Below are positions 26,001 through 39,992 of a DNA stretch of 64,000 nt, piece by piece. Each line of letters starts with the position of its first letter. Within the stretch, counting starts at the first letter, position 1. Made by a program: the position numbers and the translations under genes. Source of the stretch: Rhodosorus marinus CCMP1338 (taxonomy: Eukaryota > Plantae > Rhodophyta). A model generated the notes under the pieces. It was not told the DNA's origin, made no database searches, and was given only the letters and a program-made list of their open reading frames with translations. The DNA lies in NCBI GenBank assembly GCA_029953675.1, contig JAMWBK010000009.1:930001-994000 (forward strand). The letters run 5' to 3'.

Positions 26001-27985
26001 TAGGAAGAAGATACATGGTTCCCTCATACCGAACGATCATCCTTAGATTTAGGCTTAGGAATCAAGGCCTAGCCTGAGTTACACTATTGTTCTTTTCAAT
26101 CCACACGCCAACAAAACGGAACCCTCAATACAACCCAAAAGGAGCGATGAAAAATTAAGAGAAGAGCTTTTTTTGGTCGTACAATGCCTACAGGTTTATT
26201 AATATATTTCATAATCAGCAAAATAGTAGAGCAGTCCTCGGTGTTGTGGACTCAAAAAAAAAGTTTTTTTCTTCACGTCTGCAGAGATGTAGATTGAGGT
26301 ACAACAAAAGGGGCGGATGTGGGGAAGGGGTTACTGTTTGGAGGAGAATAGAATCACCGGATGTCTCTAATATCAAATCCATTCTATGATTTTGAAGTTT
26401 TTTTGGATGAAGCATGTTTTTTGGTGTTAACGAGAACGGTAAGTATGTGGAGTGGCAACATTAGAGGGGTGAAAAGGTTGTGGTGCCTTATGGTGGAAAC
26501 TAAATACGTTTATTTTGTTTATTTTAAGAAAGACACAAAAGTAGCTTCTGCAACCTAACCCTCCCCCTCTACGGTTTCCTGAGAAAGAGGCTTAGAAATT
26601 AGAAATCCACGAGGGAAGACATCCGTTTTCATCGGCAAGCAACCGTGACGCAAATTGGACACACACAAACATATCAAAGTATTTATAGTTGGCAAAAAAA
26701 CGATCCTAAGGAGAAACGGAGGGGCGTGTGTGGTTGTTTGTCAAAAAATACATAAATCAATCATTTTCATTCCTGTAAAAAATGTTTTGTAAGAAAAAAA
26801 GGACAGGATAGGGATTTAGAGCAACCCTGGCAAACCCAAAATGGACACTAAAGGAGAAATACCGTTTTTAAATGGCCATAGGGGCGAGAAGGGCGGGGGG
26901 ATCGGGTTTGGGCGAGTTTCTAAAGAAGGAGGGGGGCGGGGGCAGACAGGGCGAATTGGGGGGGGAGAGGGGCGGAGCACAACAAAAAGATCTCCGAAGT
27001 AAGAAAAGATTGAAAATAGGGGTAAGTAATTTGGTGTTAGAATTTTTTTTTATGTCGATTGCATTTATGGTTTTTTGTTTGTTTTAGAAGGAAATAGTTT
27101 TTGAGCGAGGATGAAGAGGCTGGGGCCAAAAAAACAACCAAAATCGATAGCGCCAGAAGAGCCTTTCCGGTTGGGGGGAGGGCGGGTTATTTTGGGCGGA
27201 CAGATGATTACCGAAGGAGAGAATTAGTCTAGGGGAATCAAAATTGGAGAGAGCACGAAAGAGCGTAGAGCGTGCGCGTTGGGAGTTTTTTTCAAGGATG
27301 TGAACACCTTCAGGTTTATTCAGGGCGCCTTCCTCTATGATTCGTAATTTGGTGTTTTCGTGAGGATGGGATTTTTGGTGGGGGTGGTGGGGAGAGGGAT
27401 GAGTCCTTTGGAAAGGGTTCTAGGGATGGAATATACATTTTTATTTGTTTTGGGGGGTGTTGGGGAAGCGGGTTGTTGTTTGTCTGAAGCGTAAAAGGTG
27501 AGGGGGATTAGTAAAAGAAAATTTTACGGGAGAAGTGTCTCAGGAGGTAAACGTTTGGGGGTTTTAAAAGGATTGGACGGGAGGGCGTTGACGTGGGGTT
27601 TGGAGAGAGAAGGCTGCGTGCTTGGGTTGCCTGTCTTCTTGTAAGTTCTTGAGAAAAGTAGTGGGAGTGCTCCCGTGTCTTGGAGAGTGTTGCGTTCTGT
27701 TTTTTCGCCATTGGTTGTGGTGTACATGGTGTAAGTGGGGACGTCCGGTGTTGAAGAGAGTTTTATTGTATTTGTGCTGTGGATCGGGTCGGACAATGTT
27801 GTCCTGAGGAGTAGTGCAATTTGTTTTGGTTTGCCCGCAGAAAGCTGTGGAGTGATGTATGAGAATGCGAGGGGATAAGATTGAAGGGGTAGGGCATGTT
27901 CGCATCTCTGCTTGTGTGCTTTTTTTTGGTTTTGCTTCTGGCATCGTGATAGTTCTTCCCCGCTGAGATCTCGAACTTAAATTTT

Positions 27986-29044
27986 TTGCAGGAGATTTAT
28001 ACGTGCTTTACGAGTACGCCGACTAATCCGACCACGGCCAGAAGGAGGGCAAGAGTTGTTGCGGGTAGGAAAACTTCAACTGGTTCAGTGTCAACAGAAT
28101 CTACTAGTTCAAACCCGCTGTCACCTTCCGCGAACCAGCACCCGATACTGAGTACTGCGGCGGTTGAAGGAATGACGACGATGCAGAGATTCCCCCAGGG
28201 CACAGAGTCCACCGCGCAGACGTCTGCCCTTCATAGTCTGTACCCGCAGAACTCAAACCTTCTGGGTCGGGAGATGCCGGAGATGTGGAAAGCTGGAAGC
28301 GGATTTCATGCGCAGGACCTCGTGGATTTGGCGGTTGACCCTACTGCCGAAGGAGAGCTCGCGACGGTATTGTACCCTGACGTTCAAAGGCGCTCAGGAG
28401 CACCCAACGAATTTAGGAAACTCTCTCTGCCGACGACGAAACTATCCCAACCCTGGGTTGAGGTTTCCTCTTCTGATCACGAGGACGTCGATAATGATCG
28501 TAACGCGCACCGTTCGAGCCTTCAAAGCGCTCGTCAGGCTGGGCGCTCCAGCGGACTGAAAGCGTCGAAATCAGGGGAGCGAAGGGAAGCCTTGTACAAG
28601 ACTGTTCCATCTGCAAGGGACGCCGCTTCGTCCCGCCTCGCGCGCAGGCTCAAGCTTAAGCAGAAGCGCTCCACTCAGAATTTGCCAGTGGGGCTGACGA
28701 AGCGAATAACGAAACGACCCTCTTCCGAGCGGGAACGGGAAGCGGATATGGAAAAGAAAAAGGACCGGCTTCTTCGGAATCGCGAAGCTGCCATAAGGTC
28801 TCGACTGGCTGCCAAGAAACATCATCAAATACTGGAGACGGAAGTGAAAGAGCTGCAGGAAAGAGTTGAAAAATTGAAGAATGTAAATACGTCTCTGAAA
28901 GGAAGACTGGACACGCTGCTGAGCGTTCTGGTTGATGGCAATCGACCGAACTTGACGGAAGCTGAGAGGCGGAGTATCCTCGAAATTTTCAAGAATGTCG
29001 ACCCCGACAACAGCCAGACACACAGATCAAATGTCAACTTTTAA
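27986..29044 (+). CDS. bZIP transcription factor (5' end uncertain; first in-frame ATG 28172, or an upstream exon spliced to the acceptor at ~27990)
   Basis: Basic region KKKDRLLRNREAAIRSR (N-x7-R) followed by leucine heptads ILETEVKELQERVEKLKNVNTSLKGRLDTLL; low-complexity N-terminus. Confidence 0.88.
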   Translation: MQEIYTCFTSTPTNPTTARRRARVVAGRKTSTGSVSTESTSSNPLSPSANQHPILSTAAVEGMTTMQRFPQGTESTAQTSALHSLYPQNSNLLGREMPEMWKAGSGFHAQDLVDLAVDPTAEGELATVLYPDVQRRSGAPNEFRKLSLPTTKLSQPWVEVSSSDHEDVDNDRNAHRSSLQSARQAGRSSGLKASKSGERREALYKTVPSARDAASSRLARRLKLKQKRSTQNLPVGLTKRITKRPSSEREREADMEKKKDRLLRNREAAIRSRLAAKKHHQILETEVKELQERVEKLKNVNTSLKGRLDTLLSVLVDGNRPNLTEAERRSILEIFKNVDPDNSQTHRSNVNF

Positions 29045-29266
29045 ACTAACTGCAGTCGAAACCGCGTTTGGTCTTCCAAAATATTGCCCTGGTGGTTTGC
29101 CGTAACTGGCCGATATCGGCGTGGAAGAGTGTGAGAGATTTCCGAAACGGCTGCAAACTTGGTATGGTTGGCCTGCTTTCGTTGACCACCGATCCGCAGG
29201 AGCACGTTTTCACACAAGCATGAGAGCATCACAACTCTCGTGCACAGCTGAGAGCAAGGGGCCCAA

Positions 29267-29522
29267 GGTGGAATGGTGTTTATCGCCTTCCGCCTTTTCC
29301 GGCGGGCGTGACGCCCTGACGCTCTGAACACTTGGGCGCGGAGACTTTGGACGATCTGCTGAGGTGCTGCCAACACATTGCGCAAGTGTACGGACTGGTG
29401 GAATGGTGTTTATCCCTTTCCGCCTTTTCCGGCGGGCGTGACGCCGTGACGCTCTTAATACTTGGGCGCGTAGACTCTGGACGATCTGCTGAGGTACTGC
29501 GAGCTCATTGCGCAGGTGTACG
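29267..29522. repeat. Tandem direct duplication, 130-bp period (29267-29392 / 29397-29522)
   Basis: Both copies begin GGTGGAATGGTGTTTATC and share TTCCGCCTTTTCCGGCGGGCGTGACGCC and GGACGATCTGCTGAGGT; scattered substitutions. Confidence 0.93.
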
Positions 29523-29668
29523 TTTTGTTTTTTTTATCACGTGAGTTGTTTTCCAATAATAAATGATCAGTAGAAGACAGCTAATAGATTAGTCAACCGG
29601 CGATGGTCCTTCCCCATCGGTCGCATTGCGTTGGTGAAGAGTTAGAACTGCACCAGGATTGCGTTTCC

Positions 29669-32600
29669 TCAGGTTGAGGAGGATGCTTTATCCGAGGACT
29701 GTCCATTATTCCACGAAGCAATAGCATTCCGAGATACGACCAAGCAATCAGCGGTCTGCGTATGTTCGATTTGCATTTCATTCAGAGCCCTACAACATTG
29801 ACAGGAGCAAAGGCGTTCAGATGCTGTGTAGAACAACATGCTGGCAATTCTTCCAATGGCGGCCACCTACCGAACAAGCTCCACCGCGTTCCCAAGACCC
29901 ATTAAAATGAAAACGTCACCGGCTCCTGCACTAATAGGATATGTGCGCGATATGTACATGAGGGAAAGGCCAACCAGATGGGTAGATACGCTGCCTTGGC
30001 AATTCACGTATACGTTTCCTCCATGCTGAAGAATGAGAGACGTGAACGGCGAAGGTTTCTTCTCAACCAGCTCGCGAAACACGGAATAAGCCAGGTCCGA
30101 ATCCAATCCCTGCACATTAACCGACCTACGAGTTCAAGAAAAAAATAGACCAAAATCAGAAACCTCAAGCGCTCCAACCTATCAATTTGAAAACTCACCT
30201 TCGTAAGAATAAATTAAGCACATCCAACGCTAAGTACACTCTGTTGCTCATCGCATCCAGCACCAACTCTCGTGCCTTCTCCAGCGACTGCAACTTGTCC
30301 GAGCGGCAGAGAGCGCGCACGAGACCAGACCTACCTTCAAGGCCCACAGGTTTCTTTAAGGCGCCGTAGATCTCCTCGGCCTCATCCGGCATAACGTCCA
30401 TGAGATAAGCGGCGTCTCTCTCTGACGCATGCTCGAGCCTTTCCATAACCCAGGCATACGTCTTTACGATTTCCTGTTGACATCGCTCTCTATCCTCTGT
30501 GGCCGTGGCTCGACCGGCGAGGATTGAATACGCTTGCATCCTGCAGACTCCCACGACAAACTTTCCGACTTGCGCATCTGCATTGTCCAGTATGGTGGTC
30601 AGCAGCTCCTCGTCCAAGTTCGCCGCTGCGAACTCAGAACTCGATTTCACAGCGCGGATGGACAGTGGAACCTTTGCGCTGACGGCCATTTGCACGTGGT
30701 CCGTGACGAGCTTGCGATCATTGAGTTGAACGCTTGCCGGAATAAGCTGTTCGAAGACGATAGCATCAGGTCTCAACCCTTCTGCCAACAACTCGGAGAA
30801 AAGATTCACGGCCCACAGGTCCTGGCCGTTTCTTCTCAGAGCGTGGAGCATCTTGGTGACTACAAGATTACTAGTATGTAGGCCCCTTTCCCGCAAATAA
30901 TCAAACGTCCTCTTCAACGTGGCAAGGTCTCCGGTCTGCCAAAACAAAGAAATGTTCTAAGGTTAAGGGGGGCCCTCTAACTTGGATGACGTGCGCTTGA
31001 GGGCAAGCTTACAGTCCCGCAGCTGGAAAGAATGGCTAGATGCGTTCCTAGAACCGGCTCCAAACCCATCTCCGTCATTTCATGCAGAAGATCCCTAACA
31101 GTCTCTTGATATCCTCTGATCGCGGCTGATTCAATGACTGACGAGTACAATTCCGCGGTAGGTTTTTCGTTAGCCTGTAAGAATTGAAGTGAAACGTCCA
31201 AGCGTCAGGGTATGAGAAAAACACGGTTATCACGATTTCGAGGTAATCCAGACAATCTTACTCTTCGCATTTCCAGTATCAGCTGTCTTGCCTCATCCAA
31301 AAGTCCCTCTTTCGCTGCCGCTTGGACAAGGGCAGGATACATGGACAGTGGCCCACCAACCTTGACGATAACAAGAGGATTAGGAGAAACCGTTATTAAT
31401 TGCTCTACGTAATACAGGGCGTGGCGATAGTCATCGCACCTTCCTTCGCTTCATTTCGAGCGCAATATCGCAAGCCCTTTGATGCTTCTTCTGCTTAATG
31501 TAATGCCGAAGTATCGTGTTGTAGCTTGACTCATCCTTTTCAAACCTCGGATCGTTCCATAATTTCTCGGCTTCGTCGTTGTCGCCCATGGTAAAATAAG
31601 CAGACAAAACTCCGTTGTAGAATGATGTGCTAAATCCAAACCCTGTTCGTCCAGGTGAAAGACACGAACTCTTTCAGATCGAACTAGAGCTTCTGAGTTC
31701 ATAATCTGTCAGCAAGTTATACCGCGAGCTTGCATTCTTGCGATGACGTTTCGAACTCCTTCTCGATTTCGGACATATGTGTATCCATTCAAAAGCTTCA
31801 GGTAGAGTCTCGGTCGGAGGTTTGATCCCTCCTCCTCAACCACTTTCATGATCTTTTCTGCCTCGTTCACCAAGCCAAGCTGACATAATGCCCTAGCTCA
31901 AGAAACAAAAAGAGCTGTTGAGACTGTGACCGTTCCGAGAAATTTCTGCCGCCCACAAAAGTTTTTGTGCATACCTCAAAACGCTATGGTATTCCGGCTC
32001 CTTGCAGTCGTCTTGCGCAATAATCTTTGAGGATAGTTCCCTCACTTTGTCCGCGTTCCTCGCGCTACTATACAACGTTAGCATAGCACTCATGCAGCCG
32101 GCATGAGGTGCAGGAAGATCTCCAGATTCCATTCTGGTCATCAATTTCATCGCTGAGGCAACGTCGCGTTTGCGGACGTACATCCACAGGAGCGCGTTGC
32201 AGTTTCCCTGAGTCGAGTGTAGAGTTGAATTGTTAAGCCCGGGCGTAGTTCATCTTATTCCATGCCAAGGTGGACGACTCATTACCACAGACGGACCAGG
32301 ACCAGTCATCAGTATACTCTGAAACAGTTTCTCGCAGTTTTCAAAGCACCCGCTTTTGGCCCACATGTTCATCATTGTCGTGTATGTGGGCGAAGTCGCT
32401 CGACCCGAATTTTGCATCATGGTGAAGAGCTTGACCGCTTTTTCGTGCTGCAAGCAAAGGGATGAAACAGTCAGGCATGGAGTAGAAAATGGACAACCAA
32501 ATTGACTAAATTTCAGCTCACCTCGCCAGACTCAGCGTAAACATCCAAAAGATGCTTGTAGCAAGCAAAAGGAGTTTCCTCCTTGCTCTTAAGCAAAACA

Positions 32601-32953
32601 TCCATGAAGTTTTCACATCCCTTCACATCCCTTGCTATTGAAAGCTTGGCCATAACAGCTGTCTTTGTGGAACTACGCGGGGAAATGTTGATCGCGGTCA
32701 AGCATTGATACCAACTAACTGCCTCAGCGGGCGAAATGCGCATAGCAGACTCCAAGTGGTCTCTGCTAATTGAACCCTCCTCCGTACGTCTCCTCAGCTC
32801 TGTAACGGCCCGCTGCTCGTCCGTGCTAAGTAGAGCCCTCAGGGCCTGAAGTTCGTTTGGCACGGTTTTCCGCGGCGCGCTCCGGGTATAAAGAGAGCGA
32901 CCACCCGCAAGAAACGAGCCGTACCGCCCGCTGCTCAAGAGCACAGGTTTCAT
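29669..32953 (-). CDS. Multi-exon pentatricopeptide-repeat protein with C-terminal SMR-like domain, probable organellar (mitochondrial-like) presequence
   Basis: PPR-like segments such as YTTMMNMWAKSGCFENCEKLFQSI, LYSSVIESAAIRGYQETVRDLLHEMTEMGLEP and VVTKMLHALRRNGQDLWAVNLFSELLAEGLRPD. Terminal exons give VYVNCQGSVSTHLVGLSLMYI...DVFILMGLGNAVELVR|RALNEMQIE...CLVVSRNAIASW. N-terminus MKPVLLSSGRYGSFLAGGRSLY. Confidence 0.85.
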
Positions 32954-33535
32954 TGGGAAAAGAAAGAGTGCTCGTTCCCAGGATCCTAAACTCTTGTAAT
33001 TCTACTCTCCATCTCAAACCGTCCCGGTTCGAGAAAGGTACAAGCGAAACGCACGGTTGTCGCAGTCCCAGCTAGCTGACAACTTGTCCGAATGCAGTCT
33101 TCAGGCTCTGCCCAAAAACATCATTACAATGCCGTCATCGATGAGCTTCCCCTCTCCAAACAGCTTCATCCCTTCCCTCACACCTCCAAAAAGTCCGCCT
33201 GTCCCTCAAAAGGCGACAAGCCAAAGACGGTCCCACCCAAACCATCAAATTTTCGTTCAAAAAATTGGGCCATGGGTAATTGTCTTTTGTCCCCGAACTT
33301 GGAGGTTCTACCAGGATCGTTTCTGCGGCAAGGGGAAAGATCAGGGCCTCCTTTGATCGTTCTCACGGAAGAAAGTGATGCCGCTGGGGTTAAAACTAAA
33401 CAAAAAGCAGATCTTCATCTTTTCTATAAGGGCTGCGGATAACGGAGAAGCTCATCGGCTTCTCTATCAGACTGGGGCTCCCAAGCCTACTCCAAAAAAC
33501 GCACACTTTTGTCATTCAGAATACTGCTCTGATAG

Positions 33536-33851
33536 GGGTAGTCATTCATCGATCCTTACCCCCCTTTTCAACTTCGGCCAATGCCCCAGGGATGAGTTGG
33601 GTAAGGTTGCACAATTTATTTAATAGAATAAACATTTCCTATAGTTAATCACGGTCGTTTTCATTGTATATCAGGAATATTATTATGTATTAAGAAACAA
33701 ATTTGGAATAATATCCATTTAATGTGTTTAAATACACTATAAACGATATATTTATAGAGCGAGAACAGATTGCTGACAAGGCCGGAGGGGGGGGGGGGCA
33801 TGGGTAGTCATTGATCGATCCTTACCCCCCTTTTCAACTTCGGCTAATGCC
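33536..33851. repeat. 50-bp direct repeat pair (33536-33585 / 33802-33851) flanking an AT-rich spacer
   Basis: GGGTAGTCATT(C/G)ATCGATCCTTACCCCCCTTTTCAACTTCGGC(C/T)AATGCC, 48/50 identical. Confidence 0.92.
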
Positions 33852-34549
33852 TCCCTGGGGTGGGGGGGGGGGTGTTTGGAGAATAAAAGTGGACGGATCT
33901 CACCTATGATACAGAGATGATCTTTCTGGGGGGGGGCAGGGATACCCTTTACGTCATCGGGCATAACTCGTCATACCGTACGCAAAGATAGTAGGCATCT
34001 AGTCTGTGATTTGAAGAAACAGAATGCATATGATCCATCCGTAAACAAAAACGAAGCAGAGCTTGGTAAAGCAAGTCATCCGAAGTCGTTTGCTCGACAT
34101 CCCCCTGGGAGCGGGACTAGAAAATTTTTCCTGGCGTGCAATTTCCGTAAGGTGGTCGATGGTTTTCCCGCTTGCGACAGGTTTTGACGTTGGTGAGATT
34201 GTGGCTGTTTGGAAAGTTTATTATACAGGGAACTTATAATTTTCAGTCTTTCTAGAGACTGGACTCTGGGTTGTCGAACTGTGAGATCGCCGTAGAATAC
34301 CTGGACAACGGTCGCTGCCTTCTTCGTTTGACTTGACGACGTTTGGTATTCTTTCTGCTCGGGAGACCGAGGAAGTTTCTGCGTTTTCTTGAAGGCGGAA
34401 GGGGACGAGAGTAGGGTAGAAAGGAATTGTTGGTTCTGGTTTATGCTGATCTGCCGCTTCTGGTGGTGTCCTCGGGTTCTGGTAGAAGAGAAAGCTGATG
34501 CTTGAAGGGTGACTGGATGCAGAGTTACAGTGAGTTGCACAAGGAGCGA

Positions 34550-35115
34550 ATGGCGGCTATCTGCGCGTTTTGCTGCGAAACCGGAACTACCCGACCTGCA
34601 CACAACGGCAAGGCAAGGGTCAGATCTAGAAGAGTAGCTGTTTACTCGTCGGCACCAACAATCGAGAAGAAGGGTGTCAAACTTCGCGAGAAAACTGTTG
34701 TGAAAGAGCCAGTGAAGCCAAAGGATTATAACGTATTCATTATTAACGATCCATTCAACAAAAGGTTAGGTTTGAAGCCAGATATGCACAAAGTCGCGAA
34801 AACGTCGCTCTTAACTCTTTTCTATTCCGATCGCCTAGGGAGTACGTTGTGAAGATACTCCTTCAAACAATTCCAAATATGTCGTTCAGTCGAGCTTACG
34901 CAGTTATGGATATGGCGCATAATACTGGAAAGGGACTCGTTATTACGACCAACATGGTAATTGTCCAAAACCATCGCGGTTCGTTGCTCATGAAATGAAA
35001 ACCTTGTTTGCTTAATCCGAATTCTGTCTTTTTCTCATTGAAGGAAATGGCCGAAGCTTATTGTGAAGTCATTACAAAGGCTGGAATACTTAGCACAGTG
35101 GAGCCCGCTGACTAG
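34550..35115 (+). CDS. clpS: ATP-dependent Clp protease adaptor ClpS (plastid ClpS1-like), 3 exons
   Basis: Transit-like N-terminus, then KDYNVFIINDPFNKR|EYVVKILLQTIPNMSFSRAYAVMDMAHNTGKGLVITTNM|EMAEAYCEVITKAGILSTVEPAD*, matching the ClpS core (ND...H, STVEP). Introns ~34766-34838 and ~34957-35043. Confidence 0.93.
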
Positions 35116-35341
35116 CTTAACTTGAATATCTCCTCTCTCCGGGTCCTGAAAAAACTCCGAAAAGGAGACCAGGCCTTCCCCGTCGTCATCCCGATAGAAT
35201 GTTGTAAATCTGTAGTGTAGCAAGAACGGATTTCCGACATCGACCTCAGTAGCTATGATTCAACAGCTCTTCTCCACGTTACTCGAACCCCGTGGCTTGG
35301 AGCAATATGGTAGGATGATAGATGTGCAGTCTGTCGTCTCT

Positions 35342-36471
35342 TCATGTCTTGGTCGTCACACCGTTCGCTAGACAAGAGTGTTTCGGACGAAATCCGCTGT
35401 TTTCAGGCTCACTGAGGTATGAGGTGTCCCCGTTCGCCTCCACACGATAGGAACCCTCTGAATCAGGACATAATTCTACGAGCGCACAATCTATCAAACA
35501 ACAAAAGGTTCAATACGTAAGCAAGCTTCTCGCAGAAAACAAAATAGGCTTTAGGGGCAAAGGGGAGACTTACAAGTTACCCAGTTGATGCGAACAGTCG
35601 GTACTAGACTGTTGGCGAGCTTCTCAATCACGTGCCCATGGGAGACGATCAGTATGCTCCCGGTATCCAAGAAGTTGCCTACAAGGTGCTTTATCACAGA
35701 TCCTGTTCTCGCACCAAGTTGCTCAAGAGATTCAGGATACTGCCGCTTCCAGAAGCTCTCGTAGGATGTATCAATCATGCGGAATTCATTCGCAAGGTCA
35801 TTCGTACTGCGAAGCCTGGGGTTTTCCTCTGCACGGGAAACAATTGCGAACGTAGGATTTCCTGAGTTTAGCGTCAAGGTCGAGGATGCAGTCCGCTACA
35901 CTGCCTGCCAAAGTCTGTACTTACTGAACCATCGACTCGAAAGGAATTCACCAGCTCCGTGCTCAAGCTTGATAGGTACGTTGATAAGCTTAGCCGTCTC
36001 ATTCGCCTAGCGAAAATAACAAAAGCGCGACGGTCATTCGGAAAAGCTCAACCAACAAGTTGCATGAGGAGGACTTACTGTCTGTACACATCGGTAGAAT
36101 GGTGAACAGAAGATTTGCGTTATATTCGCATCCTTAAGCCTTACTATTGTATTTTGAGCCCAAATTAGCACGGAATGAGTAAAGCCTTCTCCATGAATCC
36201 GTTTTTGAAGCAAAAGCACTTACCCGCCAGGTCATTAGCCTGTTTCAAACCTCTCACTGTGAGAAACGGGTCCTATGGTTCAAAAACTAGTTTCAGCTGG
36301 AGAAAATGATACCAAACGTTGTTTCTAGTCAAAGGTAAAGGGCAGCAGGATAAGTACAATCCACGGACTTTGCAAGCACAATCTTACGTCTGGCAGATCC
36401 GAACCAGTTTTCCATGATCTATCCACATGATCAATCCTCTCCCCATGCCTCACTATGTAAACCCGGTGCAT
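35342..36471 (-). CDS. Histidine phosphatase / phosphoglycerate-mutase-family protein, multi-exon
   Basis: MHRVYIVRHGERID (RHG motif), DPFLTVRGLKQA, IFCSPFYRCVQT, ILIVSHG and C-terminal NGDTSYL, in the canonical order across GT-AG introns. Confidence 0.9.
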
Positions 36472-37518
36472 ATCAACCAACCGCAACGCCCTAACGCCGC
36501 CACCGTCCAGCCCCTACCCCAGACTAACGCAACCCCAGGCAACTCTCCGAGAACTCGGTAGCAACCTTCGTTCCCTCCCCCTACCGTTCCTCCTATGCAG
36601 CCTTCATCTTAACCCCGAGTACCGTTCAAAAAAAAAAAGAAAAAGCCAGACCTCTCAATACCAATCTAGACAACGCTACTTCTTTCCCAAGCTAAACCCA
36701 TGAATGTCAACCCCATCCACGGCCGAGATCCCGTTTTGGCATCGCCATTAAGAAACCCTAAAATGTCAAGTCGGATCGATCGGAACCACACGAAACTGTC
36801 CCATTTCTGTAAGGCGTTTATTAGGACCATAATTTCTGGCGACAGAAAATTGATGTGATGTATTTGATTTTCTGAAGAAAATTATTCGCTTTGGTCTTCG
36901 ATGACGAGCTTGGACGATGGGACACTGAACGGGGACTTCAGAACTACAATTTTTTGCTACAGTTTGAGACTCTAGCAGAGCAAGCTGGTTCTCATAAGTT
37001 GTTTTAGAACTGCCCGGTATGTTTGGAGCAGTTTAGTGGAGTGAGGGGGTGTGCCCGACCTTCAGTCAATGTCCAACTAGCTTCGTGTCATGGGTAGTAC
37101 CTCGCGATCGGCACGGCTTGCTGAGCCGACGACATCTAGTTTTGATGCTAACCATTCGTTTGAGTCTTGGATTTTAGCCCTGGGCAAGCTCGGTGAGCTA
37201 CTCTTATCTCTCGCGAGTGCTGGTCTGACTCTGACCTGTCTGCCTGGTAGTCAGCTGAGAATACTGAGAAAGCGGTGAGAGTTTTACCATATTTCGCTCT
37301 GGAAATCAACATACAAAACTGCTGCATGGCCCAGGTCGAACCACGAAACCTCGACGTTCACCTAAGGAAGTGCATATATCCTTATGGCGGAGAGTTTCAA
37401 TATCGGCCAAAAATAAAACGAAACATACAGAAATCCGCTGTTCGGCGAACATACAATGCTGCCCTAGCGTGACTGGCGGGCCCCGTATCAGCAGTTCTGT
37501 TCTAGGGGAGCACCTGAG

Positions 37519-38961
<1,443 letters not shown>

Positions 38962-39992
38962 TCTGTATCCTTTCTAATCTAACAACCGAGAAAAACTAGT
39001 TCTTCCCTGCTCGATTAGAGATATCAAATACCCTCTCAATCAATCGATGCGTGAACAGCGAAAAAACACGCAAACTCTACGCCGCGCGCTCAACAAAACG
39101 CGCACCAAAAAGAAAACAAACAGATCACAATCTCCCAACGATCAAAACAAACAGACCCACATTCATCTACTCAGCTTCCATAGAACACGGGATAACCAAA
39201 AAAAAAAGAGTGTTCGACCTACCTCGATTCAAATCCTCCCTATCCATCCACATGCCACTATCCAACCTCCCCCCTCCTCATATCCCGAACTTCGCAACGA
39301 TCTCCTTCAGTAAGCACCTGACACGCCAAATCCCCTCTTGCCGGAGAAAAATGGAGTGGCTGACCACCACTCCATTTTTCTCACCTATTTCGTCAATAAC
39401 CACTCCCTATCCCCTCAGCGGTAAAAAAAAACAACCAAACTTGTGTCTCCATTTATTGATGCTACATCTTACCCCTCACAGTCATTGCGTCCCATCGTCT
39501 AAAATAGCCATTTCGATATCAATTAAGTTACTCTTTATATCTTAAACTTTTATTACCCCAGATAAATATTGATCCGGGGAATCTTCGTCAACTGGAGAAT
39601 AGGGGGTGGCACAACGTGCCTACAATTTTTTAGCTGAGTTTTTTTGCAGCCGTCGATGGACCTCAAAAGTTTTTGATTGTATTCAGTCATTATTTTACTA
39701 ACTTTTTCCGTTGGGAGGCTCTCATCGGGTTTTTGGAGTAGTTTTATCGTTAAGTTTTCTTGAACTTCTGTATTCAAGTATAAATAGTGTGGATGGAGAC
39801 ATGTTTCTGTTTTGTAAACGATGTGGAGGCAAAATTGCTCGCAAAGCTCTTATATTTAACACAGAAGCGATGGGAAAGTCAGTACCCATGGCTCCCTGGG
39901 GCTATCGATGCTAGTCAGCAGTGGTAGTTAGAGCCGAACTTGGTGGGGGGGGGAGGGGGTGGGGGGTTCAGTGCTCGTTCGTTGGGTCCATC

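Noticed and set aside
29299-29310. GCCTTTTCC resembling U5 snRNA loop I (GCCUUUUAC)
   Set aside because: Mismatch in the invariant loop, the GCC is paired in a short local hairpin, and no Sm site or U5 architecture is visible.
39941-39967. G-tract clusters (also ~26930 and ~33786) as G-quadruplex elements
   Set aside because: G/C homopolymers are common throughout the intergenic DNA here, so nothing singles these out.
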